The notes under the pieces were generated by a model. It saw only the letters and a program-made list of their open reading frames with translations, ran no database searches and was not told the origin of the DNA. A program made the position numbers and the translations under genes. This document shows, piece after piece, positions 1 to 10,184 of a stretch of DNA of 64,000 bases. This stretch comes from Bacillota bacterium (GTDB lineage: Bacteria > Bacillota > Desulfotomaculia > Desulfotomaculales > VENG01), in NCBI GenBank assembly GCA_009711705.1, contig VENG01000015.1, forward strand, positions 65,709 to 129,708. The letters run 5' to 3'. The first letter of the stretch is position 1; each line of letters starts with the position of its first letter.

Positions 1-494
1 GCTGCGTATTCCTTGGTAACCCGTTTGGAGCTACCCCAAATAACAACCATGATGTAGATGGGAATGACCACAACCTCGTAGAAAAGCAGGAAAATAAACA
101 AGTCGTGGGCAATAAAGGTGCCCATAACACCAGTAATTAAGACCAACAAAAGTATGAAGAATTCCCGCGGACGGGTGCCAATGTTCCATGATGCAAATAT
201 GGCGGAAAAACCAATCAAGTTAGTCAGCAAGAGCATAGGCAAACTAATACCGTCAACAGCCAGGAAGAAAGTCACACCTAAATCTTTAATCCAGTCATGC
301 CGTATAACGTATTGAAGCCCACCTAAGGTCTGATCATAACCAAAGTACACATAAAAGCTCAAGGCCATAGAAACAAATGTGCCAATGGCTGCCACACTTT
401 TAATTAGCTTGTGTTCATCCTTGGGGACAAATACCAAAATCAGAGCGGCCACCAACGGGGCCAGCAATATCACAGGGAGTACGGGAAAGCTCAT
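1..494 (-). CDS. nuoM: NADH-quinone oxidoreductase subunit M, N-terminal ~164 codons (gene runs off the left edge)
   Basis: Not in the ORF track because no stop lies in the window. The minus-strand ATG at 494 abuts the nuoL stop (495-497). My translation MSFPVLPVILLAPLVAALILVFVPKDEHKLIKSV...DGISLPMLLLTNLIGFSAIFASW...FYEVVVIPIYIMVVIWGSSKR stays open to nt 1. It is a hydrophobic antiporter-like subunit in the position nuoM takes after nuoL. Confidence 0.85.
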   Translation of the reverse strand, partial: MSFPVLPVILLAPLVAALILVFVPKDEHKLIKSVAAIGTFVSMALSFYVYFGYDQTLGGLQYVIRHDWIKDLGVTFFLAVDGISLPMLLLTNLIGFSAIFASWNIGTRPREFFILLLVLITGVMGTFIAHDLFIFLLFYEVVVIPIYIMVVIWGSSKRVTKEYA

Positions 495-2432
495 TTACAT
501 TACACCTCCCAGGACCAGGCCGGCGGTGGAAGGACCGGCGAAAGCCATAAGTACGGCAATAGCCAATACTCCAAGGAAAAATACCAGGGCGTAGTTTTGC
601 AAACGTCCGGTTTGGAGTACACGTAACCCTTCTCCCGAAAGCTTACCAAATCCGCCTAACCCGTTCACAATTCCGTCCACCACATAAATGTCAAATAGAT
701 AGAATAACTTGGCAGAGCCATCCACCATGGTATGATTAAACCAAAGGTACATCTCATCAATATAGTACTTGTTAAAGGATAGATTATAGAGGCTCTTATA
801 CCTCTCGGCAAGGGCTTTCACCTTGACCTTTTCCTTATCCTTTAAGTACAGCGTGTAAGCAAGATATATTCCTGCAACAGCTATTACTGCGGACGATATC
901 ATTGCACCCCAGGCTATTTCGCTACTATGGTGTGCCTCCCCAAAGAAAATCCACTCCGCCCAGATGTTGTTCCAAGGGGTACCTAAGAGTCCAACCGTCA
1001 TAGCACCGGCTGCCAATACGATAAGAGGTACACACATGGTCCATGGTGACTCGTGGGGATGATTCTCCGGCTTTTCTTCACCGTAAAAGGCCAAGAATAT
1101 TAAACGCCACATATAAAATGCCGTCAAGAAGGCAGTAAATGCCGCCATGGCATAAAGTATATAGTGCCCGCCGTTCAACGTGACAACCAGAATCTCGTCC
1201 TTACTCCAGAAACCGGCAAAGGGCGGTATTCCTGCGATAGCCAACCCGCCAATAACAAACGTCCAGGAAGTTATCGGCATTTTTTTAACCAATCCACCCA
1301 TTTCCCACACATCAGCCTTGTGATGCAGAGCATGCAGTACGCTACCTGCACCAAGGAACATAAGGGCCTTGAAAAAGGCGTGTGTCCACATGTGGAACAT
1401 ACCGGCCGTTAAGCTTCCCACGCCAAGAGCAAGCATCATGTAGCCAAGCTGACTCACAGTTGAATAAGCCAGAATTCGCTTTATCTCCCTCTGCGTAATG
1501 GCTATAGTTGCGGCAAAAAGTGCGGTAAAAGCACCCGTTATGGCTACTAAGTCCATGGCTACCGGAACTTCATAGAACAGGAAGAGCATGCGCCCCACCA
1601 GATAAACACCGGCTACAACCATGGTAGCAGCGTGAATCAGCGCGCTGACCGGAGTGGGACCCTCCATAGCATCAGGCAACCATACGTGCAGAGGAAACTG
1701 ACCTGATTTAGCTATGGGTCCAATAAAGACCAGTATGGCCAGCAGTGTCATTGTGCCAAATGTAGTATATTCTCTAAAATTAGCTACTCGCTCGCTTAAT
1801 TCCACAAGGTCCAGGGTACCAAAAGTAATGACCAGCCCAAGGATACCCAGCAGCAGCCCGAAGTCTGCCACACGACAGGTAACAAAGGCTTTCTTGGCAG
1901 CCTCCCTGGCCGATATCTTGTGCGAATAAAATCCAATTAGCAAGTAAGAACATAAACCAACCAATTCCCATGCAATGAACATCTGCAGCAGATTACTGGA
2001 GATAACCAGTAACAGCATTGACGCTGCAAAGAGGGAAAGATATGAGAAAAATACTGAAAATCCGGGATCTCCCTTCATGTAACCAACTGAATACAGCTGA
2101 ATAAACGTAGCAATAAAACTGACCATGAAGAGCATCATTGCAGATGTAGGATCCAGTTGAACTCCTACATTAATCTGCAATTCCGGCATTCCCGGGAGAC
2201 CGAGTGTTAACCATCTCGCAGCATAAACGAGAGGATTCTCGGCATATTGATGGTTAGTGAATACTCCGTAAGCCGCCAGTGTCGCAAAAAAGCATGCAGT
2301 GGCCATCCCTCCGACAGAGATAAAGGCACTCAGCTTTGGCCACGGGCGTGCCAAAAAAACAATGATTAAAAATGCGAGGGCGGGCAGGAGCGGTACCAAC
2401 CATGCATGATGCAATGCAAATTCAACAAGCAT
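495..2432 (-). CDS. nuoL: NADH-quinone oxidoreductase subunit L
   Basis: 645-aa polytopic antiporter-like ORF with a long C-terminal extension, lying between nuoK and nuoM in the operon. Confidence 0.92.
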   Translation of the reverse strand: MLVEFALHHAWLVPLLPALAFLIIVFLARPWPKLSAFISVGGMATACFFATLAAYGVFTNHQYAENPLVYAARWLTLGLPGMPELQINVGVQLDPTSAMMLFMVSFIATFIQLYSVGYMKGDPGFSVFFSYLSLFAASMLLLVISSNLLQMFIAWELVGLCSYLLIGFYSHKISAREAAKKAFVTCRVADFGLLLGILGLVITFGTLDLVELSERVANFREYTTFGTMTLLAILVFIGPIAKSGQFPLHVWLPDAMEGPTPVSALIHAATMVVAGVYLVGRMLFLFYEVPVAMDLVAITGAFTALFAATIAITQREIKRILAYSTVSQLGYMMLALGVGSLTAGMFHMWTHAFFKALMFLGAGSVLHALHHKADVWEMGGLVKKMPITSWTFVIGGLAIAGIPPFAGFWSKDEILVVTLNGGHYILYAMAAFTAFLTAFYMWRLIFLAFYGEEKPENHPHESPWTMCVPLIVLAAGAMTVGLLGTPWNNIWAEWIFFGEAHHSSEIAWGAMISSAVIAVAGIYLAYTLYLKDKEKVKVKALAERYKSLYNLSFNKYYIDEMYLWFNHTMVDGSAKLFYLFDIYVVDGIVNGLGGFGKLSGEGLRVLQTGRLQNYALVFFLGVLAIAVLMAFAGPSTAGLVLGGVM

Positions 2433-2465
2433 TTATCTTAGCACCTACCTTCATTCTGTAAAATC

Positions 2466-2780
2466 CTACCATTTTAGCCAGTCAAATTCATCAAGATTGA
2501 CCGACAATTTATTGCGGTAGATGGCTATTATAATCGCCAACCCTACCCCCACTTCTGCAGCAGCCACAGTAATTACAAAAATGGCAAATATCTGGCCTAT
2601 AAAATCGTTCGGTGTAATGTATTTACTGAATGCAATCAAATTAATGTTTACTGCATTCAACATCAGTTCAATACAAATCAGCACCGAAATGGCATTCTTT
2701 TTAGACAGAACTCCAAAAAGACCAATACTAAAAAGGATTGCCGACAAAACCACATAGTGGGTAAGGCTAATCGTTAACAT
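2466..2780 (-). CDS. nuoK: NADH-quinone oxidoreductase subunit K
   Basis: 104 aa with three hydrophobic helices. Size and position are typical of NuoK. Confidence 0.9.
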   Translation of the reverse strand: MLTISLTHYVVLSAILFSIGLFGVLSKKNAISVLICIELMLNAVNINLIAFSKYITPNDFIGQIFAIFVITVAAAEVGVGLAIIIAIYRNKLSVNLDEFDWLKW

Positions 2781-3291
2781 TAGCCTTCACCTCCTTGGCC
2801 AGAACGATCGCTCCTACCAGGGCCACTAGCAGTAGCAGGGCAGCGACTTCAAAGGGTATTACGTATTTACTTAAGAGCAACTGACCAATTTGCCCCAGTG
2901 AATCTTCAGGCACCGGGGTGTTGGCCGCTAAATCTGCCCAAGCCGTAGTTCCAGCAAAAAAACCACTCACTGCCAGTGTCAAAGCCACAACTCCTCCGGC
3001 CATAAATGTTTGCCTGTTAAACAGGTTGGACTGTTTCATGTCTGTTCTTTGGATAAGCATGACACCAAAGATAATCATGATACAAACCGCACCGGCATAA
3101 ACCAAAACCTGGATAACAGCAAGGTAAGCAGCATCCAGTATGAGGAATAATCCAGCCATGGCTATAAAGCATATGGCCAAAAACAATACTGAATGGACAA
3201 TATTTCGCATTGACACTACCAGTATAGCCGAACCCAGGATAACCGCGGCCAGTACGTAAAAAGCTAGTACACTGTAAATACTGGTTTCCAT
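2767..3291 (-). CDS. nuoJ: NADH-quinone oxidoreductase subunit J
   Basis: The track start (3339) lies upstream of the nuoI stop. The ATG at 3291 (METSIYSVLAF...) is preceded by AGGAGGG. Hydrophobic 174-aa product in the nuoJ slot. Confidence 0.88.
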   Translation of the reverse strand: METSIYSVLAFYVLAAVILGSAILVVSMRNIVHSVLFLAICFIAMAGLFLILDAAYLAVIQVLVYAGAVCIMIIFGVMLIQRTDMKQSNLFNRQTFMAGGVVALTLAVSGFFAGTTAWADLAANTPVPEDSLGQIGQLLLSKYVIPFEVAALLLLVALVGAIVLAKEVKANVND

Positions 3292-3295
3292 GATA

Positions 3296-3847
3296 TTACT
3301 GACCCTCCTTCTCCGGGGCCTTTCCGGCAGCCACTTCATCAGAAGCAGATTTATCTGCCGATGCTGCCGGGGTTTCCTCTTTCTGTTTCCCTTTGCCCTT
3401 TACTTTGGGTTTAGCCTTCTCACCCGATGCCTCCGGCGTTGCTTCTTCCGGCTTCGGTTCAGGCTTAGGTGCTTCTCGCTCAACCAAGATCAAGGGAATA
3501 GCATCATAATTATACTGACTCATATCATGTTCTAAACTAAAGTTTATTGCGTCTTTATTGCAAGCTTCCACACACATGCCGCAAAACAGGCAATATTCAA
3601 TGTTCATAACGTACTTAGTCAAAAACTTCTTCTTTTCAACCTTTTCACTCTTGAGTTCAATTACATTGTTCGGACAAGCATTCGCACACAGATTGCATGC
3701 AATACATTTATCAGCGTCGAAAACAAACCGGCCGTGAAAGCGCTCCGGTTTAGGATGTTGCTCTTCAGGATACTGTACAGTAAACTTTTTCGACCTGAAT
3801 TCCTTCCACGTTATGCGCAGACCTTTGATTAAGCCATTTCCAAACAT
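3296..3847 (-). CDS. nuoI: NADH-quinone oxidoreductase subunit I (2x[4Fe-4S]) with a low-complexity C-terminal tail
   Basis: Two ferredoxin-type motifs, CIACNLCANACP and CLFCGMCVEACN. The last ~60 aa are K/E/P/A-rich. Confidence 0.92.
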   Translation of the reverse strand: MFGNGLIKGLRITWKEFRSKKFTVQYPEEQHPKPERFHGRFVFDADKCIACNLCANACPNNVIELKSEKVEKKKFLTKYVMNIEYCLFCGMCVEACNKDAINFSLEHDMSQYNYDAIPLILVEREAPKPEPKPEEATPEASGEKAKPKVKGKGKQKEETPAASADKSASDEVAAGKAPEKEGQ

Positions 3848-3851
3848 GCCA

Positions 3852-4904
3852 TCACCACCCTATCGCCCGGTAGATATACATACCAATACCGGTTACAAAA
3901 ACGTTGGCCAGGGACAGTGGTACCAGTATTCTCCAACCAAAGCCCATTAGTTGATCAACTCTGATACGCGGGAAGGTCCAACGGAACCACATTACTACAA
4001 AAATCAGTACATACATTTTCAGGAAGAACCACAACCAAGAAGGAATAAAGGTTAATCCAAAGGGTGCCAGCCAGCCACCCAAGAAAAGGGTAGTTGCTAT
4101 GGCTGAAATAATCATAATGCTTGCATATTCGGCCAGAAAGAACATGGCGAATCCCATGCCGCCGTATTCCGTATACGGGCCGTTAATAATCTCCGACTCA
4201 CCTTCCACCAGGTCAAAAGGTGTACGGTTACACTCAGCCACTGCGGCTATAAAGAAAATCAAAAAAGCAATGGGCTGGGTAACAATAAACCACATGTTCT
4301 GCTGAGCAGCAATAATTTCAGTTAAGTTCATACTCCCCACCAGCATAATAACGCCCAGTACCGACAGAATCATGGGAAGTTCATAACTTACCATTTGTGC
4401 TACCACTCGCATAGAGCCCAGTAAGGAATATTTATTATTTGAGCCCCATCCACCCATCCAGAAGATAATGGTACTGAGAGATGCAAGGGCAAAAACGTAA
4501 AACAGACCTATATTTAAGTCCAGTGCCACCATGTTTTTACCTAAAGGAATAGCTGCAAAAATCATTAAAGGCGGCACAAATATTAAAGCCGGTGCCAGCA
4601 AGAAAAGAATCTTGTCTGCACTTTTCGGGATAGGTATTTCTTTACTAATTAGTTTTCCAATGTCACAGGTAGTTTGCAGTAATCCCTTTGGTCCCACCCT
4701 GTTAGGACCTATACGGGCCTGCATGTATCCAGCCACTTTTCGCTCCATATATACTAACCAGAGGGCATTTATAAGAATAAATACCAGGATAGCAACCAGC
4801 TTTACGACCAGCAACGTGACGTCATTCCAAAGTGGAGGGACCCCCGCGCTGTCCAGCAGGTTTCTGAGCAAGCCGGCTATATTTGTAAAAAGATTTTCCA
4901 ACAT
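3852..4904 (-). CDS. nuoH: NADH-quinone oxidoreductase subunit H
   Basis: 350-aa polytopic ND1/NuoH-like protein directly downstream of nuoD. Confidence 0.92.
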   Translation of the reverse strand: MLENLFTNIAGLLRNLLDSAGVPPLWNDVTLLVVKLVAILVFILINALWLVYMERKVAGYMQARIGPNRVGPKGLLQTTCDIGKLISKEIPIPKSADKILFLLAPALIFVPPLMIFAAIPLGKNMVALDLNIGLFYVFALASLSTIIFWMGGWGSNNKYSLLGSMRVVAQMVSYELPMILSVLGVIMLVGSMNLTEIIAAQQNMWFIVTQPIAFLIFFIAAVAECNRTPFDLVEGESEIINGPYTEYGGMGFAMFFLAEYASIMIISAIATTLFLGGWLAPFGLTFIPSWLWFFLKMYVLIFVVMWFRWTFPRIRVDQLMGFGWRILVPLSLANVFVTGIGMYIYRAIGW

Positions 4905-4931
4905 GCCTTTTCTCCCCTATAGTCCCATTTT

Positions 4932-6044
4932 TTAACAGTCCACTTCACCCAAAACAATATCAATGCTACCCAGGATGGCTACTAAGTCTGCAATCAACCA
5001 GCCGCGGCTCATTTCATCCAAGTAACCAAGGTTAATAAATGAAGGCCTCCTTACATGAACACGGTGCGGCTTATTAGTACCGTCGCTTACGACATAAAAG
5101 CCCAATATTCCCTTGGAACTTTCTATTTCAGCGTAAGCATCACCTTTCGGCGGCTTAAGTACTTTTGGCACCTTGCCTTTAATAGGACCGTCGATCTCTT
5201 TAATTTGTTCTATGGCTTGCTTAATAATCCGCACCGATTGGCGCATCTCTCTAACTCTGCAAAAATAGCGATCGAAACAATCCCCGTTTTTACCCACGGG
5301 CACTTCAAAGTCAAAGCGGTCATAAATACTGTAAGGCTTGGCCTTGCGCAGGTCATAGTTGATGCCGGATCCGCGCAAAACAGGTCCACTTAGGCTATAG
5401 TCAATAGCAGTTTCCGGAGAAAGACCACCCACATGCTTGGTTCTGGCTTGGAAAATTTCATTTCCGGTTATCAGCCCGTCATACTCATCAATATACCCTG
5501 GCATATCGTCCATCAATTTGTCGAGCTTTTCCAACCATCCTTCAGGAGCATCATCAGCAACTCCACCAAAGCGAGCATAACTGAAAGTCATCCTGGAGCC
5601 GGTTAGTTCCTCCAATAAATCCATCATCCGTTCACGCTCCCGGAAACAAAGGAGAAATCCTGTAAACCCTCCCACATCCAAGGCATAAACTCCGGTGGCC
5701 AGTACGTGACTCGCCAAACGAGACAACTCCCCTGAAATAACACGCAGGTATTCTGCCCTTTCAGGGACTTCAAGGCCCATCAATTTTTCAACAGCCATTA
5801 CATAACCCCAGTTTTGCAGCATGGATGCCAAGTAATCCATTCTATCCGTATAAGGAATCACCTGTTGATAGGTACGACTTTCAGCTAATTTTTCAATTCC
5901 CCGGTGCAGATAGCCGCAGACGGGCTCAGCTTTAACAATCTTTTCCCCGTCTAACGTAAGGACCACTTGGAACACGCCGTGGGTAGCGGGGTGCTGTGGG
6001 CCAAAGTTCATTGTATAAGTTTCCGTCCTCAACATTTGCCACAC
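4932..6044 (-). CDS. nuoD: NADH-quinone oxidoreductase subunit D (49-kDa subunit)
   Basis: 370 aa. N-terminal [12 protein letters not shown] motif and conserved NuoD/NiFe-large-subunit-like length. Confidence 0.93.
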   Translation of the reverse strand: MWQMLRTETYTMNFGPQHPATHGVFQVVLTLDGEKIVKAEPVCGYLHRGIEKLAESRTYQQVIPYTDRMDYLASMLQNWGYVMAVEKLMGLEVPERAEYLRVISGELSRLASHVLATGVYALDVGGFTGFLLCFRERERMMDLLEELTGSRMTFSYARFGGVADDAPEGWLEKLDKLMDDMPGYIDEYDGLITGNEIFQARTKHVGGLSPETAIDYSLSGPVLRGSGINYDLRKAKPYSIYDRFDFEVPVGKNGDCFDRYFCRVREMRQSVRIIKQAIEQIKEIDGPIKGKVPKVLKPPKGDAYAEIESSKGILGFYVVSDGTNKPHRVHVRRPSFINLGYLDEMSRGWLIADLVAILGSIDIVLGEVDC

Positions 6045-6061
6045 CTCTTAATTTTCAAGAG

Positions 6062-6544
6062 TTACTTCCTGCCACCCACCCATTGATAATCCTTGCGCAA
6101 CGGGTAGCCCTCAAAATTATCCGTAAGCAAAATCCGCTTTAGATTAGGGTGGCCGGTAAAGACAATACCAAACAGGTCATAAACTTCACGTTCCTGCCAA
6201 TTGGCACCGCCCCAAACCGGGAACACGGAAGGTATTTCCGGATTTTTTCGACTAACGCGGGCCTTCACAGTTAAATAAAGTTTCTCATAAACGGAGGTTA
6301 AGTTGTAAACAATCTCCATTTCCCCGTCATCTTCGGCTTCATCACCATCGCCTTTTCCCTTTGCATCAGCGGGATAATCGGCGGCAGTAAGGTTGGTAAG
6401 GTAATTGAAACCAAAACTATTTTTTAATTCCTGCATCAGACCCAGTAAATCCTCAGTCGAAACACTAATAGTTTCCTCTGACGTTTTTATCTGGGGAAAC
6501 TTTTCCTTCAATTCGCTTATTATTTCAGATAGCTTTTTTTCCAT
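6062..6544 (-). CDS. nuoC: NADH-quinone oxidoreductase subunit C (30-kDa subunit)
   Basis: 160 aa. C-terminal [18 protein letters not shown]-type motif. Sits between nuoB and nuoD. Carries an acidic insert, [18 protein letters not shown]. Confidence 0.88.
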   Translation of the reverse strand: MEKKLSEIISELKEKFPQIKTSEETISVSTEDLLGLMQELKNSFGFNYLTNLTAADYPADAKGKGDGDEAEDDGEMEIVYNLTSVYEKLYLTVKARVSRKNPEIPSVFPVWGGANWQEREVYDLFGIVFTGHPNLKRILLTDNFEGYPLRKDYQWVGGRK

Positions 6545-6547
6545 AAT

Positions 6548-7054
6548 CTAAAGCTCCACCACCTTCGGATCAAGTATTTTGGCCCTTAATTTCAAAAAGC
6601 CATCAATAATTGCATCGGGCCGTGGTGGACACCCGGGTACATATACATCTACCGGAATAATTTGCCTTGCACCCGGTACTACAAAATAAGAATCCACAAA
6701 TGGACCGCCGGAAATAGCACAACTACCCACTGCTATACACCATTTAGGTTCTGCCATCTGCTCCCACAAACGCAAAACAAATGGTGCTGACTTGGTAGTA
6801 ATTGTTCCGGCAACCACCATTACATCAGCCTGTCGCGGAGTGGGGCGCATAACCTCATAACCAAAGCGCGACAAATCATACCGGGGTCCGTTTGTACCCA
6901 TCAAAGCTTCAATGGCACAGCAGGCCAACCCAAAACCTAATGGCCAAATGGAATGTGCTCTGGCCATATTCAGGACTTTTTCCAGAGATGCAAAGTGGAC
7001 AAGTCGCTTTAATTCGCTTGGCATTGGCATGCCCTTATCATTAGTTACTTCCAT
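6548..7054 (-). CDS. nuoB: NADH-quinone oxidoreductase subunit B (N2 cluster subunit)
   Basis: Cluster-ligand motifs [18 protein letters not shown] and VPGCPPRP. The start is uncertain: ATGs at 7054, 7030 and 7024 are all possible, and the track start 7084 overlaps nuoA heavily. Confidence 0.9.
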   Translation of the reverse strand: MEVTNDKGMPMPSELKRLVHFASLEKVLNMARAHSIWPLGFGLACCAIEALMGTNGPRYDLSRFGYEVMRPTPRQADVMVVAGTITTKSAPFVLRLWEQMAEPKWCIAVGSCAISGGPFVDSYFVVPGARQIIPVDVYVPGCPPRPDAIIDGFLKLRAKILDPKVVEL

Positions 7055-7398
7055 TCCAATGCACCTTCCTTCCAGGCGTACCACAAACCGACAATTAGAA
7101 TAAATAGAAATATCATCATTTCAATGAACGCAAATAGCCCCAGGCTCTGATATTTTACAGCCCATGGAAACAAGTATATTGTTTCCACATCAAATATTAC
7201 AAACATTAGTGCATAAAGAAAGTAAGAAGTCCTGAATCGCACCCACGTTGTGCCAATGGTGGGCACTCCACATTCATAAGCTTCAAATTTTTGATTAGCA
7301 ATACTCCTGGGGTGAATGATAAAACTTGTGACAATTCCTCCAGCGCCAAAAGCAACTGCCACTGCAAGGAAAATCAACACACCCGCCCAGTCGGACAA
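7045..7398 (-). CDS. nuoA: NADH-quinone oxidoreductase subunit A
   Basis: 117 aa with 3 TM helices. TTG start behind a G-rich RBS (AAGGGGGGGGAG). First gene of the operon, with a 270-nt AT-rich region upstream. Confidence 0.88.
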   Translation of the reverse strand: MSDWAGVLIFLAVAVAFGAGGIVTSFIIHPRSIANQKFEAYECGVPTIGTTWVRFRTSYFLYALMFVIFDVETIYLFPWAVKYQSLGLFAFIEMMIFLFILIVGLWYAWKEGALEWK

Positions 7399-7667
7399 TG
7401 TTCTCCCCCCCTTCTCTTATTAAATACCACAAAGTTTTTAAAAGCAGCCCCTTTATAACCGGGAGGTGTAAATGATTGTGAATTCTGTAACTCCCCAGCG
7501 TATAAAAATTAGCTAACTTCGTGGCTAAAAAAATATTAGTAAAAATATCTTACTAATCAACTAATAAAATTGAAACAAATAAGTTTTCTAACACATTTGC
7601 CTATTTGTTGATTATATAAGTGAAGTTATGAACTAACTCAGACAAACATTACAATGTAACAACGAAC

Positions 7668-8486
7668 TTACCCTTCTCTACTTTCGTTACAGGATAAAAG
7701 ACGTTTAACCGGAGCAAAATCAGTTCGGTGAGCAGCACAAGGGCCATGAGCCTGTAGTGCCTGCAGGTGTTCTTTCGTGCCATAACCTTTGTGTTTTTTA
7801 AATCCATATTGTGGGTGCATAATGTGCAGCACCATCATTAGTTCATCACGAGTAACCTTGGCCAGTACTGACGCTGCAGCAATAGAGGCAGAAAGATCAT
7901 CGCCACCTACCAATGCTGTTTGCTGTACATCTAAATCCTTAATGGGATATCCGTCCACCAGGAGATACTCAGGCTTGTATCTAAGACCACTGACTGCTCT
8001 TTTCATAGCCAAAAGTGAAGCCCAATAAATATTATAACACAAAATCTCATTGACTGTAGATAGGCTAACCGACCAGTCCATGGAGACTTCTTTTATCATT
8101 ACTGCCATTTTTCTCCGGGCTTCGGGTGACAGTTTCTTGGAATCTCTTAATCCCGGTAGTTCAACAAAGCCCGGGAGCACGACTGCTGCCGCAACCACCG
8201 GTCCGGCCAAAGGGCCTCTTCCTGCCTCGTCCACACCGGCTATAATTGAAAATCCCTGATCGTATAAATCATTTTCGTGTATGAAAAGTTTTTTTAGACA
8301 CGCTAATTTTCTATCATGTTCTATAGCTTTTTGCTGAACTAAACGGTAAATATTCCTTACTCCCACCCTAGGGTCTACAGCAAGTGATGCAATGAATTCA
8401 TTATCCAGTTGAGCACTATGGGCAACTATTTTCTTTATTTGAGCTACCGTTAGACTCCCCGGATCACATTTAAGCTTTTTGGGCAT
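7668..8486 (-). CDS. rnhB: Ribonuclease HII
   Basis: Catalytic motif DEAGRGPLAGPVV. The ATG at 8486 (MPKKLK...) is preceded by GGAGA. Synteny with ylqF/rbgA as in Bacillus. Confidence 0.9.
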   Translation of the reverse strand: MPKKLKCDPGSLTVAQIKKIVAHSAQLDNEFIASLAVDPRVGVRNIYRLVQQKAIEHDRKLACLKKLFIHENDLYDQGFSIIAGVDEAGRGPLAGPVVAAAVVLPGFVELPGLRDSKKLSPEARRKMAVMIKEVSMDWSVSLSTVNEILCYNIYWASLLAMKRAVSGLRYKPEYLLVDGYPIKDLDVQQTALVGGDDLSASIAAASVLAKVTRDELMMVLHIMHPQYGFKKHKGYGTKEHLQALQAHGPCAAHRTDFAPVKRLLSCNESREG

Positions 8487-8567
8487 CTTATTTCTCCGGC
8501 GCAAAAGTGTAAAACTTAATAAGATTTTCTCGGTTTATAAATAAATCCCTGCTCGCAATCACAAATT

Positions 8568-9431
8568 TTAACTCTTTTTTGTTAGCTGTGGAGGCATTTC
8601 CAGTGTGAAACACCCTAACTTACCCTCACGAAATTCTTTTAATATATGGACAGAGGCTTTGTACATATCCACTTTTCCGCCAGAGATAATAAATCCCCGC
8701 CTGTGGGCCACTTGTTCTATGACTTCATTTGCACCATCAATTACTCCATTACCGTCTGACAAATCATACCTATCTCTTAACACACCTGGATGATTTGTCT
8801 CAAACCATTTGATCAATCCAGCTGCCACATCCTCACTGGAGAAAACCTCTTCCTTTATAGCCCCAATAGCAGCCAAACGGAACCCCACTTCAGGATCATC
8901 AAACTTAGGCCATAAAATCCCGGGAGTATCGAGTAATTCCACTTTTTTACTGACACGTATCCATTGCTGCCCTTTAGTTACACCGGGCTTGTTTCCTGTA
9001 CGGGCGGCTTTTTGCCGCACCAAACTGTTAATAAATAATGATTTGCCTACATTTGGTATTCCAACAATCATACACCTGACCGGCCTTGCTCTTCCCGTTG
9101 CCGTAGCCTTCATCTTTGCAGGTGCCAGCTTGATAACCGCGTCCGGAACCTTGTTTATACCGTGGCCGGTACGCGAATTAACCACTAAAGAAACACCCTC
9201 AGGACATATACCGCGCGCCCACAAATCCGTAAGCCTTTTATCTGCCAGGTCAGATTTATTTAATACCACCAATCGCGGTTTACGGCCTATAATTTTGTTA
9301 ACCATGGGGTTACGGCTGCTGAGCGGTGCACGCGCATCCACCAGTTCAATAACAACATCGACTAGTTTCAAGTTCTGCTCAACCAGTCTGCGGGCTTTGG
9401 CCATATGACCTGGGTACCACTGAATATTCAT
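8568..9431 (-). CDS. rbgA: Ribosome biogenesis GTPase A (YlqF)
   Basis: Starts MNIQWYPGHMAKA. Circularly permuted GTPase motifs NKSDL, GIPNVGKS and DTPG. Confidence 0.93.
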   Translation of the reverse strand: MNIQWYPGHMAKARRLVEQNLKLVDVVIELVDARAPLSSRNPMVNKIIGRKPRLVVLNKSDLADKRLTDLWARGICPEGVSLVVNSRTGHGINKVPDAVIKLAPAKMKATATGRARPVRCMIVGIPNVGKSLFINSLVRQKAARTGNKPGVTKGQQWIRVSKKVELLDTPGILWPKFDDPEVGFRLAAIGAIKEEVFSSEDVAAGLIKWFETNHPGVLRDRYDLSDGNGVIDGANEVIEQVAHRRGFIISGGKVDMYKASVHILKEFREGKLGCFTLEMPPQLTKKS

Positions 9432-9498
9432 GGTCTCACTTCCGACTATTGTTTATTAAAATATACTACCCTTAATTCCATAAGTTGATTATATATTA

Positions 9499-10074
9499 CT
9501 ACTTGAGAAGGCCGATTCTTCCCGGAGGCCAATATACAACCACGGCCTCTCCAATCACATACTCTTCCGGCAACGGGCCCCACCTCCTGCTGTCGTCACT
9601 ATTATTACGATTATCGCCCATCATAAAATAGTTGTCTTCAGGCACCTTTACCGGACCAAAATCAGGGAACCTCAAGTCATCCGGCAGGTAGTTTTCTTCA
9701 ACAGGTGTTCCGTCAATATAGAGCTGGCTGTCGCGGAAAGACACTGTTTGCCCTCCAACAGCTATAACCCTTTTTACGAAGTCCCTGTCAGGGTCCAAAG
9801 GAAACCTAAAAACCATTACATCTCCACGGGCAGGCTCCGTAAAATGATAATTCAATTTACTTACAATGATTCGATCACCAATTTGTAGTGTCGGCTCCAT
9901 GGAACCGGAGGGAATATAGAAAGGGCTAAAAATAAATATACGTATTAAAGAGGCCAGTATAACAGCAATAACCACTGACTCCAATATCTCCACAAAGGCT
10001 GATTTGCGGCGTCTGTCCCTTACTTTAAGCGTAGCATCATTAACTTTATCGTGATCGTGATCTGCCTGCAACAT
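9499..10074 (-). CDS. lepB: Signal peptidase I
   Basis: Catalytic Ser box SGSMEPTL, GDNRNNSDDSR box and an N-terminal TM helix. The ATG at 10074 is preceded by GGGGAG. Confidence 0.92.
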   Translation of the reverse strand: MLQADHDHDKVNDATLKVRDRRRKSAFVEILESVVIAVILASLIRIFIFSPFYIPSGSMEPTLQIGDRIIVSKLNYHFTEPARGDVMVFRFPLDPDRDFVKRVIAVGGQTVSFRDSQLYIDGTPVEENYLPDDLRFPDFGPVKVPEDNYFMMGDNRNNSDDSRRWGPLPEEYVIGEAVVVYWPPGRIGLLK

Positions 10075-10184
10075 TTTTATCTCCCCGTAGCATAAATTTA
10101 CCTTTAAGTAAAGAAGTGGATCTTGTGCGGAGTTTTCGCACAACCTCTTTAATTATAAAAAGGGACTGGCTGGCAGTCCCTTAA

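Noticed and set aside
8809-9408. Long antisense ORFs in the track. Examples: 8809-9408 (199 aa, opposite rbgA), 30301-30813 (170 aa, opposite plsX/fapR), 48550-49035 (161 aa, opposite opuAA), 32861-33346 (161 aa, opposite ylbJ), 4531-4935 (134 aa, opposite nuoH), 38085-38444 (opposite rsmD).
   Set aside because: Each lies entirely opposite a gene with unmistakable family motifs. They have Ser/Pro/Ala/Thr-rich shadow-frame composition, no RBS, and no recognisable domains. These are typical shadow ORFs.
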